Positions 40,108-52,433 are shown, numbered from the stretch's first letter. The stretch: 64,000 bases of DNA from Gammaproteobacteria bacterium (GCA_045105615.1 JBGCDS010000006.1:3026-67025), one strand, 5' to 3'. Translations and numbers: made by a program. Notes: a model not told the origin generated them from the letters alone.

Positions 40108-41454
40108 ATGTTAGAAAAAGTTGTTATTGCCAACCGCGGTGAAATTGCTCTACGCATATTGCGTGCATGCCGCGAGCTTGGAATTAAAACCGTTGCAGTG
40201 CATTCCACTGTTGACCGCGAATTAAAACACGTAAAACTTGCTGATGAATCTGTCTGTATTGGCCCCCCTCCATCGACAGAAAGTTATTTAAATATTCCTG
40301 CCATTATTAGTGCAGCAGAATTAACTGACGCATCAGCAATTCACCCTGGTTATGGATTTTTATCTGAAAACGATGACTTTGCTGAACGCGTTGAATCTAG
40401 CGGCTTTGTTTTCATAGGCCCAACAGCAGACACTATTCGTCGCATGGGTGACAAAATTTCTGCCAAGAACGCCATGCAAGAAGCAGGTGTTCCCTGCGTA
40501 CCCGGCTCCGCAGAACCGTTGACTGATGACTTCGCTAGCAACTCCAAGTTAGCCAATGAAATTGGCTACCCGGTTATCGTTAAAGCAGCTGGCGGTGGTG
40601 GTGGTCGCGGCATGAGAGTGGTTCGTGGTGATGATGAACTAGCAGATTCAGTCTCTTTAACTAGAGCCGAAGCAACTGCCGCATTTAATAACGGCACGTT
40701 GTATATGGAGAAGTTTTTAGAAACACCACGTCATATTGAAATCCAAGTGTTATCTGATACTCACGGTAATGCTATTTATTTAGCAGAACGTGATTGTTCA
40801 ATGCAGCGTCGCCATCAAAAAGTTATTGAAGAAGCACCTGCACCTGGCTTAACCGATGAAGAACGTGACTTTATTGGTACTCGCTGCACAGATGCATGCA
40901 AACTCATTGGCTACCGAGGCGCGGGAACGTTTGAATTCTTATATGAAAATGGTGAATTCTTTTTCATTGAAATGAACACGCGTGTGCAAGTAGAACATCC
41001 GGTTACTGAATACATCACTGGTATTGATATTGTGAAGCAGCAGCTGTTAATCGCTTCTGGTGAAGAATTATCTATCCGCCAAGAAGACGTAAAGATTACT
41101 GGCCATGCTATGGAATGTCGTTTGAATGCTGAAGACTCAGATTCATTCATCCCAAGCCCAGGAAAGATTACGCGTTACCATAGCGCTGGTGGTTTTGGTG
41201 TTCGAGTTGATTCACATATTTATTCTGGTTATACCGTGCCGCCTAATTACGATTCTATGATTGGCAAATTAATCACGCATGGTGAAGATCGTGCCACTGC
41301 GATTAAGCGCATGCAGGGTGCGTTACAAGAAATGATTATTGATGGCATCAAAACTAACATCCCATTACAACTCAGATTGATGGCCGATGCAGAGTTTGGC
41401 AAAGGACAGGTTGATATCCATTACTTGGAACGTCTGCTCGAAAGCCAAAAGTAG
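40108..41454 (+). CDS. accC: acetyl-CoA carboxylase biotin carboxylase subunit
   Basis: 448 aa ATP-grasp. [17 protein letters not shown]... Confidence 0.97.
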   Translation: MLEKVVIANRGEIALRILRACRELGIKTVAVHSTVDRELKHVKLADESVCIGPPPSTESYLNIPAIISAAELTDASAIHPGYGFLSENDDFAERVESSGFVFIGPTADTIRRMGDKISAKNAMQEAGVPCVPGSAEPLTDDFASNSKLANEIGYPVIVKAAGGGGGRGMRVVRGDDELADSVSLTRAEATAAFNNGTLYMEKFLETPRHIEIQVLSDTHGNAIYLAERDCSMQRRHQKVIEEAPAPGLTDEERDFIGTRCTDACKLIGYRGAGTFEFLYENGEFFFIEMNTRVQVEHPVTEYITGIDIVKQQLLIASGEELSIRQEDVKITGHAMECRLNAEDSDSFIPSPGKITRYHSAGGFGVRVDSHIYSGYTVPPNYDSMIGKLITHGEDRATAIKRMQGALQEMIIDGIKTNIPLQLRLMADAEFGKGQVDIHYLERLLESQK

Positions 41455-41466
41455 TTTTAATTACGC

Positions 41467-42333
41467 ATGCTCCAGTTACGCGTACAGATAACTCCTCAAT
41501 CTGCTGAACATATTGAAGAGTTATTATTTACCTGTGGTGCCGTTAGTGTTTCTTACGAAGACGCTGCAGACGAACCAATATTAGAACCCAATATTGGCGA
41601 CCATCCTCTATGGTCTAATCTTTTCTTACAAGCCCATTTTACGACTGAACAATCTATTCAGCTTGCTACTAAAGCATTGGAAAACGATCCTTCTGTTAGC
41701 CAACAAATTGTTTTGGCGCAAATAGAAGATCAAGATTGGCAGGCCAATTTTCAACAACAGTTTAGTGCTATGCAATTCGGTCCTTTATGGATTTATCCAT
41801 CCTGGGAAAAGAATCCTGCACCCGATGGTATTAGCTTACAACTAGACCCTGGGCTTGCATTTGGCACCGGGCATCATGCTACGACTAGTTTGTGTTTAAG
41901 CTGGTTGGGTAATACAACATTAAAAGATTTAAGCGTGATTGATTTTGGCTGTGGCAGCGGCATTCTAGCGTTAGCTGCTTCTTGCTTGGGTGCTAGTCAT
42001 GTGCATGCCGTGGACATTGATCCGCAGGCTGTCACTGCCACACACGATAATATTGGTCGCAATCATCTGGATGTCAGTCGCTTTACAGTAGGGACTAGCG
42101 ACTGCTTAGCCAATGTCACCAGTGATATTATTATTGCTAACATTCTTGCCGCGCCGCTAGTAGAACTTCGCGATGTGTTTCTAAAGCACCTGAAACCCCG
42201 CGGCAAACTAGTCGTATCTGGAATTTTAGATAGTCAAACAGATTCGATTTGCCAAAATTACTCACAGAACTTCCATTGTGACCAGGTCTATCAGCGCGAA
42301 GAATGGGCGTGTATTTCATTTACGCGAATCTGA
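41467..42333 (+). CDS. prmA: ribosomal protein L11 methyltransferase
   Basis: 288 aa. DFGCGSGILA SAM motif. Confidence 0.9.
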   Translation: MLQLRVQITPQSAEHIEELLFTCGAVSVSYEDAADEPILEPNIGDHPLWSNLFLQAHFTTEQSIQLATKALENDPSVSQQIVLAQIEDQDWQANFQQQFSAMQFGPLWIYPSWEKNPAPDGISLQLDPGLAFGTGHHATTSLCLSWLGNTTLKDLSVIDFGCGSGILALAASCLGASHVHAVDIDPQAVTATHDNIGRNHLDVSRFTVGTSDCLANVTSDIIIANILAAPLVELRDVFLKHLKPRGKLVVSGILDSQTDSICQNYSQNFHCDQVYQREEWACISFTRI

Positions 42334-42356
42334 GTATGAGCTGGTAAACTGACCCT

Positions 42357-43253
42357 ATGTTCACTCGTTGCCCCAGCTGCCGTGCTGCCTTTAGCATTAC
42401 CACCCAACAGTTAGAAATTGCTGCTGGCATGGTGCGTTGTGGTATGTGTGAGCACGTATTTGATGCGCGACTGTACCTGTTCGACCAACCCAATGAAGAT
42501 ATGTATGAAACCGTGGATGTTGAACTGGGCGAAGAGGAAGCATCTGCAATCGATCTAGAGTTTTTAGATCGAGAGTTACATGGTACTCACCCACACCTAC
42601 CTGAACCGCCAAAAATCAATCTTCCATCTGCCTTTGATAATGCTCAGCAATATAGCGATGAAGATATTCAAAAAGATAACGCAGAAGATATTGTCGAAGA
42701 GGCGGTGGAAGAACGCGAAGAGATTGAACAAAACTCTGTACCCAAAATTATCGCTGATGATGTTTCCAATCTAGATAATGAAAGCGCCAATATTCAGCCT
42801 GTAAAATGGCTTGCTGGCATTACCTGTATCGGTCTCGTTGTGGCGTTGTTATTACAGATTATCGCCTCAGTCAAAATAGACCTTATTCCACCGCAGTATC
42901 GTTCTAAACTTTGCACATGGATAACTTGCACCATTGAAATACCACGAGCAGTCAACAGGATAGAGGTGCTTAACCGAAGTATCTATACTCATCCCGGTGA
43001 AAAACAGGCATTGATGGTGACGCTCACAATTATTAATAGAGCAGAATTTTCTCAGCCTTACCCACTGATTCAACTACGCTTTTTAAATATTGCCGGCGAT
43101 GTGATTGCCGCTAGGCAGTTTGCAGGCAATCACTACTTGAAAGGCAAATCTGCATCTAAACAGCTAATGGAACAGAACATACCGCTATCCATCAAGCTTG
43201 AGGTACACGACGTCGGCGAAGAAGTTGTCAGTTATGACTTTGAATTTTTATAG
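42357..43253 (+). CDS. zinc-ribbon (MJ0042-type) + DUF3426 domain protein
   Basis: N-terminal CPSCRAAF...CGMCEHVF zinc ribbon, acidic linker, one TM, C-terminal DUF3426-like domain. Confidence 0.6.
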   Translation: MFTRCPSCRAAFSITTQQLEIAAGMVRCGMCEHVFDARLYLFDQPNEDMYETVDVELGEEEASAIDLEFLDRELHGTHPHLPEPPKINLPSAFDNAQQYSDEDIQKDNAEDIVEEAVEEREEIEQNSVPKIIADDVSNLDNESANIQPVKWLAGITCIGLVVALLLQIIASVKIDLIPPQYRSKLCTWITCTIEIPRAVNRIEVLNRSIYTHPGEKQALMVTLTIINRAEFSQPYPLIQLRFLNIAGDVIAARQFAGNHYLKGKSASKQLMEQNIPLSIKLEVHDVGEEVVSYDFEFL

Positions 43254-43268
43254 TCACGTTAGCCCTAA

Positions 43269-44267
43269 TTGAATATCACTATGCAGATTGGTCCATACAC
43301 TATATCTAATAATCTATTCCTTGCCCCGATGGCAGGCGTCACTGATTTGGTGTTCCGCAAGTTATGTCGCCAATTAGGCGCAGGCTACACGGTGACAGAG
43401 ATGATTAGCGCGGATAGCAAGTTGTGGAATACTAATAAATCAAGAATCAGACGTCAGCACATGGATGAGCCAACACCACGTGTAGTGCAGATTGTTGGCT
43501 CAAACCCTCAGCAACTTGCCCAGGCCGCTGTATTTAATGTCGAACAGGGTGCTGATATTATCGATATCAACATGGGTTGCCCGGCTAAAAAGGTATGTAA
43601 AGTACTGGCCGGCTCAGCATTATTGGCTGACGAAGAGTTGGTTAAAAAAATTCTCACCGAGGTAGTCAATGCCGCGGGTGTTCCAGTAACATTGAAAATA
43701 CGCACTGGCAGCGATGTAGAAAATCGTAATGGTGTGCAGATAGCTAAAATTGCAGAAGATTGCGGAATACAAATGTTGACAGTTCACGGCCGAACTCGCG
43801 CCTGTCGCTTCCGTGGTCAAGCAGAATACAAAACAATTTGCAACATAAAAAAATCGGTCAATATCCCTGTGGTTGCGAACGGAGACATAAATTCTCCAGA
43901 AAAAGCAAAAAAGGTCTTGGCAATTACCAACGCAGATGCGATTATGATCGGACGCGCGGCACAGGGTCAGCCGTGGCTTTTTCGCCAAATAGACCACTAT
44001 CTAAAATTCAATGAAAAATTAGAAAATCCGCCCCAAGCGGAGATGCGTACTATTGTATTGAATCACTTAGAAGAATTGTATTCCCTGTATGGAAAACAAC
44101 AAGGAGTGCGAATTGCGCGTAAACATATTGGCTGGTACTTAGATAATATGCATGGCTCACAACAATTCAAACAGAAAGTGTTCTCTGTAGCCGAGGCAGA
44201 TGTTCAGATCAATATGGTACGCAGTTATTTGCAAGACGCAGAATTAAAAATGGAGAACGTTGCATGA
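43269..44267 (+). CDS. dusB: tRNA-dihydrouridine synthase B
   Basis: LAPMAGVTD, TIM-barrel Dus motifs. dusB-fis operon arrangement. Confidence 0.93.
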   Translation: MNITMQIGPYTISNNLFLAPMAGVTDLVFRKLCRQLGAGYTVTEMISADSKLWNTNKSRIRRQHMDEPTPRVVQIVGSNPQQLAQAAVFNVEQGADIIDINMGCPAKKVCKVLAGSALLADEELVKKILTEVVNAAGVPVTLKIRTGSDVENRNGVQIAKIAEDCGIQMLTVHGRTRACRFRGQAEYKTICNIKKSVNIPVVANGDINSPEKAKKVLAITNADAIMIGRAAQGQPWLFRQIDHYLKFNEKLENPPQAEMRTIVLNHLEELYSLYGKQQGVRIARKHIGWYLDNMHGSQQFKQKVFSVAEADVQINMVRSYLQDAELKMENVA

Positions 44268-44545
44268 ATAACCCAGTTACAAACCTTAATGTTTCAGAGC
44301 TACACCCAGTAACACCGACTCAAACTCTTAGAGAGTCTGTTGCAGATTCACTGCGCAGCTATTTCAGCAAGTTAGATGGACATGCGCCTGATGACTTATA
44401 TCGCATGGTGATAGAAGAAGTAGAAAAGCCTTTGTTAGAGTCAGTAATGAATTACTGCGGTGGCAATCAAACTAAGGCTGCTAAATGCCTTGGCTTAAAC
44501 CGTGGAACACTACGCAAGAAGTTAAAGCACTACGACGTTCGTTAG
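44264..44545 (+). CDS. fis: DNA-binding protein Fis
   Basis: 93 aa. C-terminal [27 protein letters not shown]. Confidence 0.95.
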   Translation: MNNPVTNLNVSELHPVTPTQTLRESVADSLRSYFSKLDGHAPDDLYRMVIEEVEKPLLESVMNYCGGNQTKAAKCLGLNRGTLRKKLKHYDVR

Positions 44546-44549
44546 TCGT

Positions 44550-46115
44550 ATGCCGTTAAACACTAGCCGACAAATTCAACGTGCATTAATAAGTGTTTCT
44601 GATAAGTCCGGTCTAGAACAGTTTGCCTCTGAGTTACACCATGCAGGCATACATATCCTTTCCACTGGTGGTACCGCTGCACAGCTTAGTGCAGCAGGTA
44701 TACCTGTGACTGATGTCAGTGAACACACACAGTTTCCTGAAATTATGGGTGGTCGTGTTAAAACACTACATCCAAAAGTTCATGGCGGTATCCTTGGACG
44801 TGCTGAAGTTGATGATGCTGTTATGCAGGAGCATGGTATTGATGCCATCGACTTAGTGGTCGTAAATCTTTATCCATTCGCTCAAACTATTGCTAAGCAA
44901 GATTGCACTTTAGATCTCGCTATCGAAAACATAGATATCGGCGGTCCTGCCATGTTGCGCGCTGCAGCAAAAAATCATGCGCGTGTTGGCGTAGTGGTAG
45001 ATCCTGCGGACTATGCTCAGTTACTCGAAGACCTTAAAGCCAACGACGGGTGTCTAACGTATGAAACGCGCTTTAATCTTGCGCGCAAAGCGTTTAGCCA
45101 TACCGCTGAATATGATGGCATGATCGCGAATTATCTCGGTCAGCAAAATGAAACAGCTTTCCCTGAAACATTACATTTAGCCTTCAACAAGAAGCAGGCA
45201 ATGCGATATGGTGAAAACCCTCATCAAAGTGCTAGCTTCTATGCCGAACGCAATCCCAGCGAAGGTTCAGTTGCCGCTGCTAAATTTATTCAAGGCAAAG
45301 AGTTATCCTTCAATAACATCGCTGACACCGATGCAGCATTGCAGTGCGTAAAACAATTCACTACACCAGCTTGCGTGATTGTTAAGCATGCGAATCCTTG
45401 TGGCGTTGCAGTGGCAGAGTCGATTACAGATGCATACCAAAAAGCTTACACCACGGATCCAACGTCTGCCTTTGGTGGCATTATCGCTTTCAATCGTCCA
45501 CTTGATGCAAATACTGCAAAACAAATACTCGATCAACAGTTTGTCGAAGTAATCATTGCACCAGGGATAGAATCAGGCGTGACTGATATCCTCAGCACTA
45601 AACCAAATACACGCGTGCTTGATTGCACAAATACGAATTCAGTTAATAGTGGATTTGATTTACGCAAAGTAAGCGGAGGCATTTTAGTTCAAGATCAAGA
45701 TAATGCAGCAGTTGATGCTGCTGACTTAAAAATTGTGACTAAACGTCAGCCCAGCGAACAAGAAATTTGTGATTTATTATTCGCCTGGAAGATCGCCAAA
45801 TTTGTAAAATCTAACGCTATTGTTTATGTGCGTGACGAACGCTCGATTGGCATTGGCGCCGGCCAAATGAGTCGAGTGTATTCAGCTAAAATTGCTGGGA
45901 TTAAAGCTAGTGACGAGAATTTAATGGTTGAAGGTTCTGTGATGGCTTCAGATGCATTCTTCCCATTCAGAGACGGACTAGATGCCGCTAACCAGGCAGG
46001 GATCACAGCTGTGATTCAGCCAGGCGGCTCACGTAATGATGCAGAAATTATTGCCGCTGCTGACGAACATGATATGGCCATGGTATTTACTGGCATTCGT
46101 CACTTCCGCCATTAA
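44550..46115 (+). CDS. purH: bifunctional AICAR transformylase / IMP cyclohydrolase
   Basis: 521 aa. [10 protein letters not shown]-terminus, C-terminal FRH. Confidence 0.95.
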   Translation: MPLNTSRQIQRALISVSDKSGLEQFASELHHAGIHILSTGGTAAQLSAAGIPVTDVSEHTQFPEIMGGRVKTLHPKVHGGILGRAEVDDAVMQEHGIDAIDLVVVNLYPFAQTIAKQDCTLDLAIENIDIGGPAMLRAAAKNHARVGVVVDPADYAQLLEDLKANDGCLTYETRFNLARKAFSHTAEYDGMIANYLGQQNETAFPETLHLAFNKKQAMRYGENPHQSASFYAERNPSEGSVAAAKFIQGKELSFNNIADTDAALQCVKQFTTPACVIVKHANPCGVAVAESITDAYQKAYTTDPTSAFGGIIAFNRPLDANTAKQILDQQFVEVIIAPGIESGVTDILSTKPNTRVLDCTNTNSVNSGFDLRKVSGGILVQDQDNAAVDAADLKIVTKRQPSEQEICDLLFAWKIAKFVKSNAIVYVRDERSIGIGAGQMSRVYSAKIAGIKASDENLMVEGSVMASDAFFPFRDGLDAANQAGITAVIQPGGSRNDAEIIAAADEHDMAMVFTGIRHFRH

Positions 46116-46163
46116 AAGGCTTTTCTCAAAGCACAATTCTCTGGGTATCTTTTAGCAAAGCAT

Positions 46164-47054
46164 ATGTCCATAGCAATTCAAATTGGACAGATCATGTTCC
46201 CATTAATTGCTATTGTTAGTATGGGTATCTTTATCGGTGTACGTAAGCATCCCGAACTTGACTCCATCAATGACATAAACCTACATGTATTTATTCCAGC
46301 GTTAGTATTTTCATCATTACTGCAGCAACAATTTGAATTTAAAGAATTCGCCTTACTCGGGCTAAGCGGGCTGGTCTTAGTGCTATTGACCGCTGTCATT
46401 GCCATTCCCTTTGCACGTTTATTTAATATTCAATATCACACCATAGCACCACCCATGATGTTTCATAATGCCGGTAATATAGGACTGCCGTTAATGAGTC
46501 TTGCTCTAGGCACCAAAGGCTTAGCTGCAGGTTTAATTCTTTTTTTAGTTGGCAACATTACTCACTTTGGTTTGGGCTCATACATGCTTGACCAGAATGC
46601 AAAATGGATTCGCAGCATTACCTCTCCAGCAATACTCGCTGCCATTCTCGCACTATTTTTACAATCACAAAATATTCAGCTATCCAGTTTTATTATTCTG
46701 CCTATTCATATGCTTGGCAGTATTGCGGTACCATTAATGCTGTTCTCACTTGGCGTGCAACTGACAAAAGCGAACTTTGATTTTTGGAGATTAGGCTTAC
46801 TCGTTGCCATCCTCACACCTGCCATTGGTGTTGCTTTAGCATTAATCATCGCCGCTTTTGTGCCATTAGAAAAAACTCAAATAGGTGCATTAATCTTATT
46901 CGGCGCATTACCCCCAGCAGTGATGAATTTTCTATTTGCAAAACGCTACCAGCAAGAACCAACAAAAGTTTCTGCTATAGTATTAGTTGGCAACTTGCTG
47001 GCAATCATCACGCTACCATTAGCATTATTATTCGTATTACCACGATTCAGTTAA
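46164..47054 (+). CDS. AEC (auxin efflux carrier) family transporter
   Basis: 296 aa, about 10 TM. Inserted between purH and purD. Confidence 0.65.
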   Translation: MSIAIQIGQIMFPLIAIVSMGIFIGVRKHPELDSINDINLHVFIPALVFSSLLQQQFEFKEFALLGLSGLVLVLLTAVIAIPFARLFNIQYHTIAPPMMFHNAGNIGLPLMSLALGTKGLAAGLILFLVGNITHFGLGSYMLDQNAKWIRSITSPAILAAILALFLQSQNIQLSSFIILPIHMLGSIAVPLMLFSLGVQLTKANFDFWRLGLLVAILTPAIGVALALIIAAFVPLEKTQIGALILFGALPPAVMNFLFAKRYQQEPTKVSAIVLVGNLLAIITLPLALLFVLPRFS

Positions 47055-47067
47055 GTATGAGAAAGTT

Positions 47068-48345
47068 ATGAAGAATATTTTAGTCATTGGCAGTGGCGGC
47101 AGAGAACATGCACTTGCATGGAAACTCATTCAGTCGACACACACAGAAAAAGTTTATGTGGCACCAGGAAATGCCGGCACAGCACTAGAAGATAACATTG
47201 AGAATGTTGCCATCTCCAGCGACGATATCACCGCTTTAATCACCTTTGCTAAAGATAAAAATATTGATTTAACTATTGTCGGCCCCGAAGCACCTTTAGT
47301 TGCTGGTGTTGTTGATCAATTCACTGCACAGGGATTAGCTATTTTCGGACCCAAGCAATTCAATGCGCAACTAGAGGGGTCAAAAAGTTTTGCAAAACAA
47401 TTTATGCATAGCTGCAATATTCCAACTGCAAGCTACCAAGAGTTCACTGATGTAACTCAGGCGACTAATTACCTTGCAGAACAGTCTTTCCCTATCGTTA
47501 TAAAGGCAGATGGCCTCGCTGCAGGAAAAGGTGTTGTCATTGCTCAGAATAATTTAGAAGCGGTGGATGCTGTCACTTCTATGCTAACTGACGGTGCACA
47601 TGGCGAAGCAGGAAAAAAGATTGTCATTGAAGAATTTATTCAAGGCGAAGAAGTAAGTTTTATTTGTTTAGTTGATCACGACACTATCGTTCCGTTAGCC
47701 AGTTCTCAAGATCACAAGGCGCGTGACAATGGTGACTTAGGTCCCAACACTGGCGGCATGGGTGCATACTCGCCAGCACCGTTAGTCACAGATGCATTAC
47801 ACGCAAGAATTATTTCTGATGTTATTCAGCCGACAGTTCAAGGCTTTATTGACGCCGGACATCCTTACCAGGGTTTTTTATACGCAGGCTTAATGATTAC
47901 TACGGAAGGCGTACCTAAAGTACTAGAATTCAACTGCCGCTTTGGCGATCCTGAAACCCAACCAATATTGATGCGCTTACAAAGTGATTTATCGCAACTA
48001 TGTTGGGATGCTGCACACAATCAATTAAAACAACAGACTCTCGATTGGAACCCACAAACTGCACTAGGAGTAGTAATGGCGGCAGGTGGCTATCCATTTG
48101 ATTATGCTAAAGGCGAAACGATTAGCGGTATCGAAAATATTACTGCTAGCCATACAAAAGTCTTCCACGCAGGGACCCATTTATATGATGACGTAATCGC
48201 TACCTCTGGGGGGCGAGTGCTCTGTGTGACTTCGCTAGGAGAGGATATTAAAACTGCACAGCAAAATGCTTATCAGGGTGTCAATGCAATTAGCTGGAAA
48301 GATATGTACTATCGTGACGATATTGGCTTTAAAGCAATTAAGTAG
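47068..48345 (+). CDS. purD: phosphoribosylamine--glycine ligase
   Basis: 425 aa. MKNILVIGSGGREHALAWKL. Confidence 0.95.
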   Translation: MKNILVIGSGGREHALAWKLIQSTHTEKVYVAPGNAGTALEDNIENVAISSDDITALITFAKDKNIDLTIVGPEAPLVAGVVDQFTAQGLAIFGPKQFNAQLEGSKSFAKQFMHSCNIPTASYQEFTDVTQATNYLAEQSFPIVIKADGLAAGKGVVIAQNNLEAVDAVTSMLTDGAHGEAGKKIVIEEFIQGEEVSFICLVDHDTIVPLASSQDHKARDNGDLGPNTGGMGAYSPAPLVTDALHARIISDVIQPTVQGFIDAGHPYQGFLYAGLMITTEGVPKVLEFNCRFGDPETQPILMRLQSDLSQLCWDAAHNQLKQQTLDWNPQTALGVVMAAGGYPFDYAKGETISGIENITASHTKVFHAGTHLYDDVIATSGGRVLCVTSLGEDIKTAQQNAYQGVNAISWKDMYYRDDIGFKAIK

Positions 48346-48373
48346 CGTTAATTACTTTGATATAATTAACGCT
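48344..48373. terminator. putative bidirectional terminator/palindrome between purD and rho
   Basis: Perfect 11-bp inverted repeat agcgttaatta / taattaacgct with an 8-nt loop. AT-rich stem, so strength is uncertain. Confidence 0.4.
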
Positions 48374-48386
48374 TAACTTTAAATTT

Positions 48387-49643
48387 CTATCGTTTCATTG
48401 CATCAAAGAATTCAACATTATTTTTACTAGACTGCATACGTCCTAGCATAAACTCCATTGCTTCTATCTCATCCATAGAATGCAAGAACTTGCGCAGGAT
48501 CCACATCTTTTGCAGTACTTCAGGCTCAATCAGTAACTCTTCACGACGCGTACCTGATCGATTGATATTCATTGATGGATAAATACGTTTTTCTGCAACA
48601 CGGCGATCCAAGTGGATTTCCATATTACCTGTCCCTTTAAATTCTTCGTAGATCACTTCATCCATTTTAGAACCAGTATCAATAAGCGCTGTGGCTAAAA
48701 TTGTTAAGCTACCGCCTTCCTCAATATTTCTTGCCGCACCAAAGAACCTCTTTGGTCGAGTCAATGCATTAGCTTCAACACCACCTGATAGTACTTTTCC
48801 AGAGGACGGTGCAACTGTGTTGTATGCACGCGCTAGTCGAGTAATTGAATCTAACAAAATGACTACGTCACGTTTATGTTCAACTAAACGCTTAGCTTTT
48901 TCGATAACCATCTCAGCGACCTGTACATGTCGACTTGCTGGCTCATCAAATGTACTTGAAACGACTTCGCCTTGAACCATGCGTTGCATTTCAGTCACTT
49001 CTTCCGGGCGCTCATCAATTAGCAAAACTATCAAATAACAATCCGGGTTGTTTGCAGTGATGCTCTGAGCAATATTTTGCAGCATAATTGTTTTACCCGC
49101 TTTTGGCGGAGAAACAACTAAACCACGTTGACCTTTACCGATAGGCGCACAGACATCGATGATGCGTGCAGTAATATCTTCCGTACTACCATTACCGCGT
49201 TCTAGATTGAGAAGCTCATCTGGATGTAATGGTGTTAGATTTTCAAAAAGAACTTTTGTTTTGGCATTTTCTGGCGTGTCGAAGTTAATCTTATCGACCT
49301 TAAGCATCGCGAAGTATCGCTCGCTGTCTTTAGGAGGGCGTATCTTGCCCGCGACTGTATCGCCAGTGCGCAAACCAAAACGTCTAATTTGACTTGGTGA
49401 AACGTATATATCATCTGGCCCAGCTAAATATGAGCAGTCTGCTGAACGCAAAAAACCAAATCCATCTTGTAATATTTCAAGTACTCCATCACCAAAAATA
49501 TCTTCGCCACTTTTTGCATGTGCCTTTAAGATTGTAAAAATAATATCTTGCTTACGCATGCGGGCCATATTATCGATGCCCATTTCTCCGGCTAGCTCGA
49601 CGAGCTCAGCGGCGGATTTAACTTTTAATTCGGTGAGATTCAT
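48387..49643 (-). CDS. rho: transcription termination factor Rho
   Basis: 418 aa, highly conserved (MNLTELK..., Walker A GQRGLIVAPPKAGKT-like). Confidence 0.97.
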   Translation of the reverse strand: MNLTELKVKSAAELVELAGEMGIDNMARMRKQDIIFTILKAHAKSGEDIFGDGVLEILQDGFGFLRSADCSYLAGPDDIYVSPSQIRRFGLRTGDTVAGKIRPPKDSERYFAMLKVDKINFDTPENAKTKVLFENLTPLHPDELLNLERGNGSTEDITARIIDVCAPIGKGQRGLVVSPPKAGKTIMLQNIAQSITANNPDCYLIVLLIDERPEEVTEMQRMVQGEVVSSTFDEPASRHVQVAEMVIEKAKRLVEHKRDVVILLDSITRLARAYNTVAPSSGKVLSGGVEANALTRPKRFFGAARNIEEGGSLTILATALIDTGSKMDEVIYEEFKGTGNMEIHLDRRVAEKRIYPSMNINRSGTRREELLIEPEVLQKMWILRKFLHSMDEIEAMEFMLGRMQSSKNNVEFFDAMKR

Positions 49644-49919
49644 AAATTAGATTTTTGGTTTTGTGTGGTTTTAAAGGGTATAGGGTATTTATAGAGTTTT
49701 ATTGATAGCACTTAGATATAGAGAATGCGTGTTCTAAGTGATTAGAAACTTGTTTACTTGCCGAATTTAGTCGGTTCTTTAGTGATAGAAACTGTTATTT
49801 ATTAAGTAATTATTTTGGAATCGATCTTGGGCAAGGCGCTACTTGGTAGCGTAATAACTGCCAAGTTAGCACTAATTTTTAAGGGCGTCTAGTATATTTG
49901 ATGCCCTTCAGTCTGAGTT

Positions 49920-50246
49920 TTAAATACTCTGATCTATAAACGCTGTTAATTGTGATTTTGATAGCGCGCCCACTTTAGTCGACTGCACATCTCCACCCTT
50001 AAAGATCATTAACGTAGGTATGCCACGTATACCGAACTTCGGTGGTGTAGCTGGATTATCATCGATATTCAGCTTAGTAATTTTTAATTTGCCTTCGTAA
50101 TCAGCTGCTATTTCATCAAGGATCGGCGCAATCATTTTGCATGGTCCACACCACTCTGCCCAGTAATCTACTAATACTGGTACATCACTTTGTAGTACTT
50201 CTTGTTCAAACGATGAATCTGTAATGTGCGTGATATTGTCACTCAC
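49920..50246 (-). CDS. trxA: thioredoxin 1
   Basis: 108 aa, WCGPC active site. trxA-rho linkage as in E. coli. Confidence 0.97.
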   Translation of the reverse strand: MSDNITHITDSSFEQEVLQSDVPVLVDYWAEWCGPCKMIAPILDEIAADYEGKLKITKLNIDDNPATPPKFGIRGIPTLMIFKGGDVQSTKVGALSKSQLTAFIDQSI

Positions 50247-50404
50247 TTATGGACGCTCCTAATGAATTAATGGTGGATTTATTCAGACTTTGGTGAAATA
50301 TAATTGTATATTTAACGCATATTTGAGGTGAAAACAAGCCTAGTTTTATCTGCACACAGTCAGCAGTTACTCACAGACTGAATGATGAATACCACGTTAT
50401 ACTA

Positions 50405-51313
50405 ATGAATATGGCAATTAAAGGATTAATCGGCGTTATCGGCGGAAGCGGCTTCGTGGGAAGCGAATTATGTGCTCAGCTCATATCGTCAGGATATTCC
50501 GTTAAACTACTGACGCGTAACACTGATAAGTGCCGCCACCTCAAGGTATTACCATCACTTTCCATCGTCCAAATTAAAGATTATCAATCAAACACCCTTA
50601 CCGCGGCGCTTAAAGATTGCCACGCACTGATTAATTTAATCGGCATACTTAATGAAAGAGGCAATGATGGCAAAGAATTTCATCGCATCCATGTTGGTAT
50701 CACTCGCAATGCTTTGAAAGCCTGTGAAAATGCGAAAATCCCACGACTGCTACAAATGAGTGCATTAAATGCGCATCCAGACGCACCCAGCCATTATCTT
50801 CGCAGTAAAGGTAAAGCTGAGAACTACCTCAAGACCTTCTCTGCATCGCAGGTGAACTACACCATATTCCAACCCTCAGTAATTTTTGGCGAGGGTGACA
50901 GCTTTTTAAATCGGTTTGCGGATCTACTAAAGATAGTGCCGGGAATATTTCCTTTAGCCTGCCCCAATGCACGATTTGCACCTGTCTATGTCGGCGATGT
51001 TGCCAATAAAATGATAACCGCCATTGAAGATAAAGCCAGCTACAACCAGTCTTATGAACTCTGTGGACCGAACATTTACAGCTTAAAAGAGCTGGTACAA
51101 TACACCGCAAATATTTGTGGCTATAAGCGGACAGTACTTGGCCTACCTATGTTTTTATCTAAACTTCAAGCCACTGTATTTGAATACGTCCCTGGCAAAC
51201 CACTTTCAAAAGATAACTTTAACTCGTTAAAGCTCGATAGTGTGTGCAAACAATGCCCTCCCTGCACAACGTCGTTATCGGCTATCGCTCCCACATACCT
51301 AGCTAATAGATAG
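50405..51313 (+). CDS. NAD(P)H-binding NmrA/NDUFA9-like SDR family protein
   Basis: GGSGFVGSEL Rossmann motif. About 300 aa atypical SDR. True start likely the Met at 50411. Confidence 0.7.
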   Translation: MNMAIKGLIGVIGGSGFVGSELCAQLISSGYSVKLLTRNTDKCRHLKVLPSLSIVQIKDYQSNTLTAALKDCHALINLIGILNERGNDGKEFHRIHVGITRNALKACENAKIPRLLQMSALNAHPDAPSHYLRSKGKAENYLKTFSASQVNYTIFQPSVIFGEGDSFLNRFADLLKIVPGIFPLACPNARFAPVYVGDVANKMITAIEDKASYNQSYELCGPNIYSLKELVQYTANICGYKRTVLGLPMFLSKLQATVFEYVPGKPLSKDNFNSLKLDSVCKQCPPCTTSLSAIAPTYLANR

Positions 51314-51317
51314 TTGT

Positions 51318-52415
51318 TTACTCAGGCTCAACCCGACGACATTTTCCACTATGTAAAAACTCGATTCTCTGCTGATCACTTAATCGTTGCGTACTCTCTA
51401 TTACACGATAAAACTCATCATAATTTTTATTGCATGCTTCGAACAAAAGAATGAAATCAGGCACTAGTGCCTGGTACGTTGAAAAAGCATTTAATTTTGC
51501 ATTATTCATATCTTCTATAAGCCATTGTCGATACTTTTTAAGTTTCTCCCACTGTTCTAGTTTGCTCACTACTTGTTTTTCATACGACACAAACGCTTCT
51601 TGTTTAAGACGTAGTTTTTCTGGCCGAGCTAATGATGAGCTATATATCTCTACAAGCTGCTGACGAAAATCTTCTACAATGACATATAGCTGTTTTTTTT
51701 CTTGTATCGACTGTAAATAACGTTGCAGCTTAGCCGGTTTTTTTTCGGCCTCTAACCAAGCAATTACACCTAACTGGGCTATAGCAGAGGCAAATGCTTC
51801 ATTAAAACTAGTATCATTTTTTATATATAGTTGTTGATGCGCCAGTTCATGAAAAATATATTCAGCTGTTACTAATTCACCCCTATCTAACATGCTGCTT
51901 AGTAGCGGATCACTAAACCAACCTAAAGTTGAATAGGCTGGCACGGGCGCAATATAGACTTCCAACTGTTGCAGCTTAAGTTGATTAGCGAACTGTTGCG
52001 CTTTACTTTGATCATAATACCCTCTATACGGAACACAGCCTACCACCCAAAAACACCATGACTCAGCTTGCAGAGACAATTGCGGTGTCGCGAATACTAC
52101 CCATGTAACATAGTCACGATCGAGATCGACATAACTAGTGTAACTTTTATTATCAGGTAGATGTAAATGGCTGGAAGCAAATTCACGTATGATTAAAAAT
52201 CTTTTAAATTTGTTTTTTTGTACTTGATCAATATTCTCATCTTCAAGCAAGCTTGATATCGGCTGCCGATCACTCATTAATTTAAGGTGACCACTGCTGG
52301 TATGAGCAATATATCCGAGCGTAGAACAGGCAGTTAACTGAAATATACAACTCAAGAGTAGAATTCGAGGCAGGATTCGAGACAAAATTCGAGTTAGAAT
52401 AGTTTTATTAAACAC
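51318..52415 (-). CDS. putative zinc-dependent aminopeptidase (HExxH) with lipoprotein-type signal
   Basis: HELAHQQ HExxH motif, N-terminal hydrophobic signal with Cys. Confidence 0.55.
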   Translation of the reverse strand: MFNKTILTRILSRILPRILLLSCIFQLTACSTLGYIAHTSSGHLKLMSDRQPISSLLEDENIDQVQKNKFKRFLIIREFASSHLHLPDNKSYTSYVDLDRDYVTWVVFATPQLSLQAESWCFWVVGCVPYRGYYDQSKAQQFANQLKLQQLEVYIAPVPAYSTLGWFSDPLLSSMLDRGELVTAEYIFHELAHQQLYIKNDTSFNEAFASAIAQLGVIAWLEAEKKPAKLQRYLQSIQEKKQLYVIVEDFRQQLVEIYSSSLARPEKLRLKQEAFVSYEKQVVSKLEQWEKLKKYRQWLIEDMNNAKLNAFSTYQALVPDFILLFEACNKNYDEFYRVIESTQRLSDQQRIEFLHSGKCRRVEPE

Positions 52416-52433
52416 ATTAGTTGGCCATTAATA

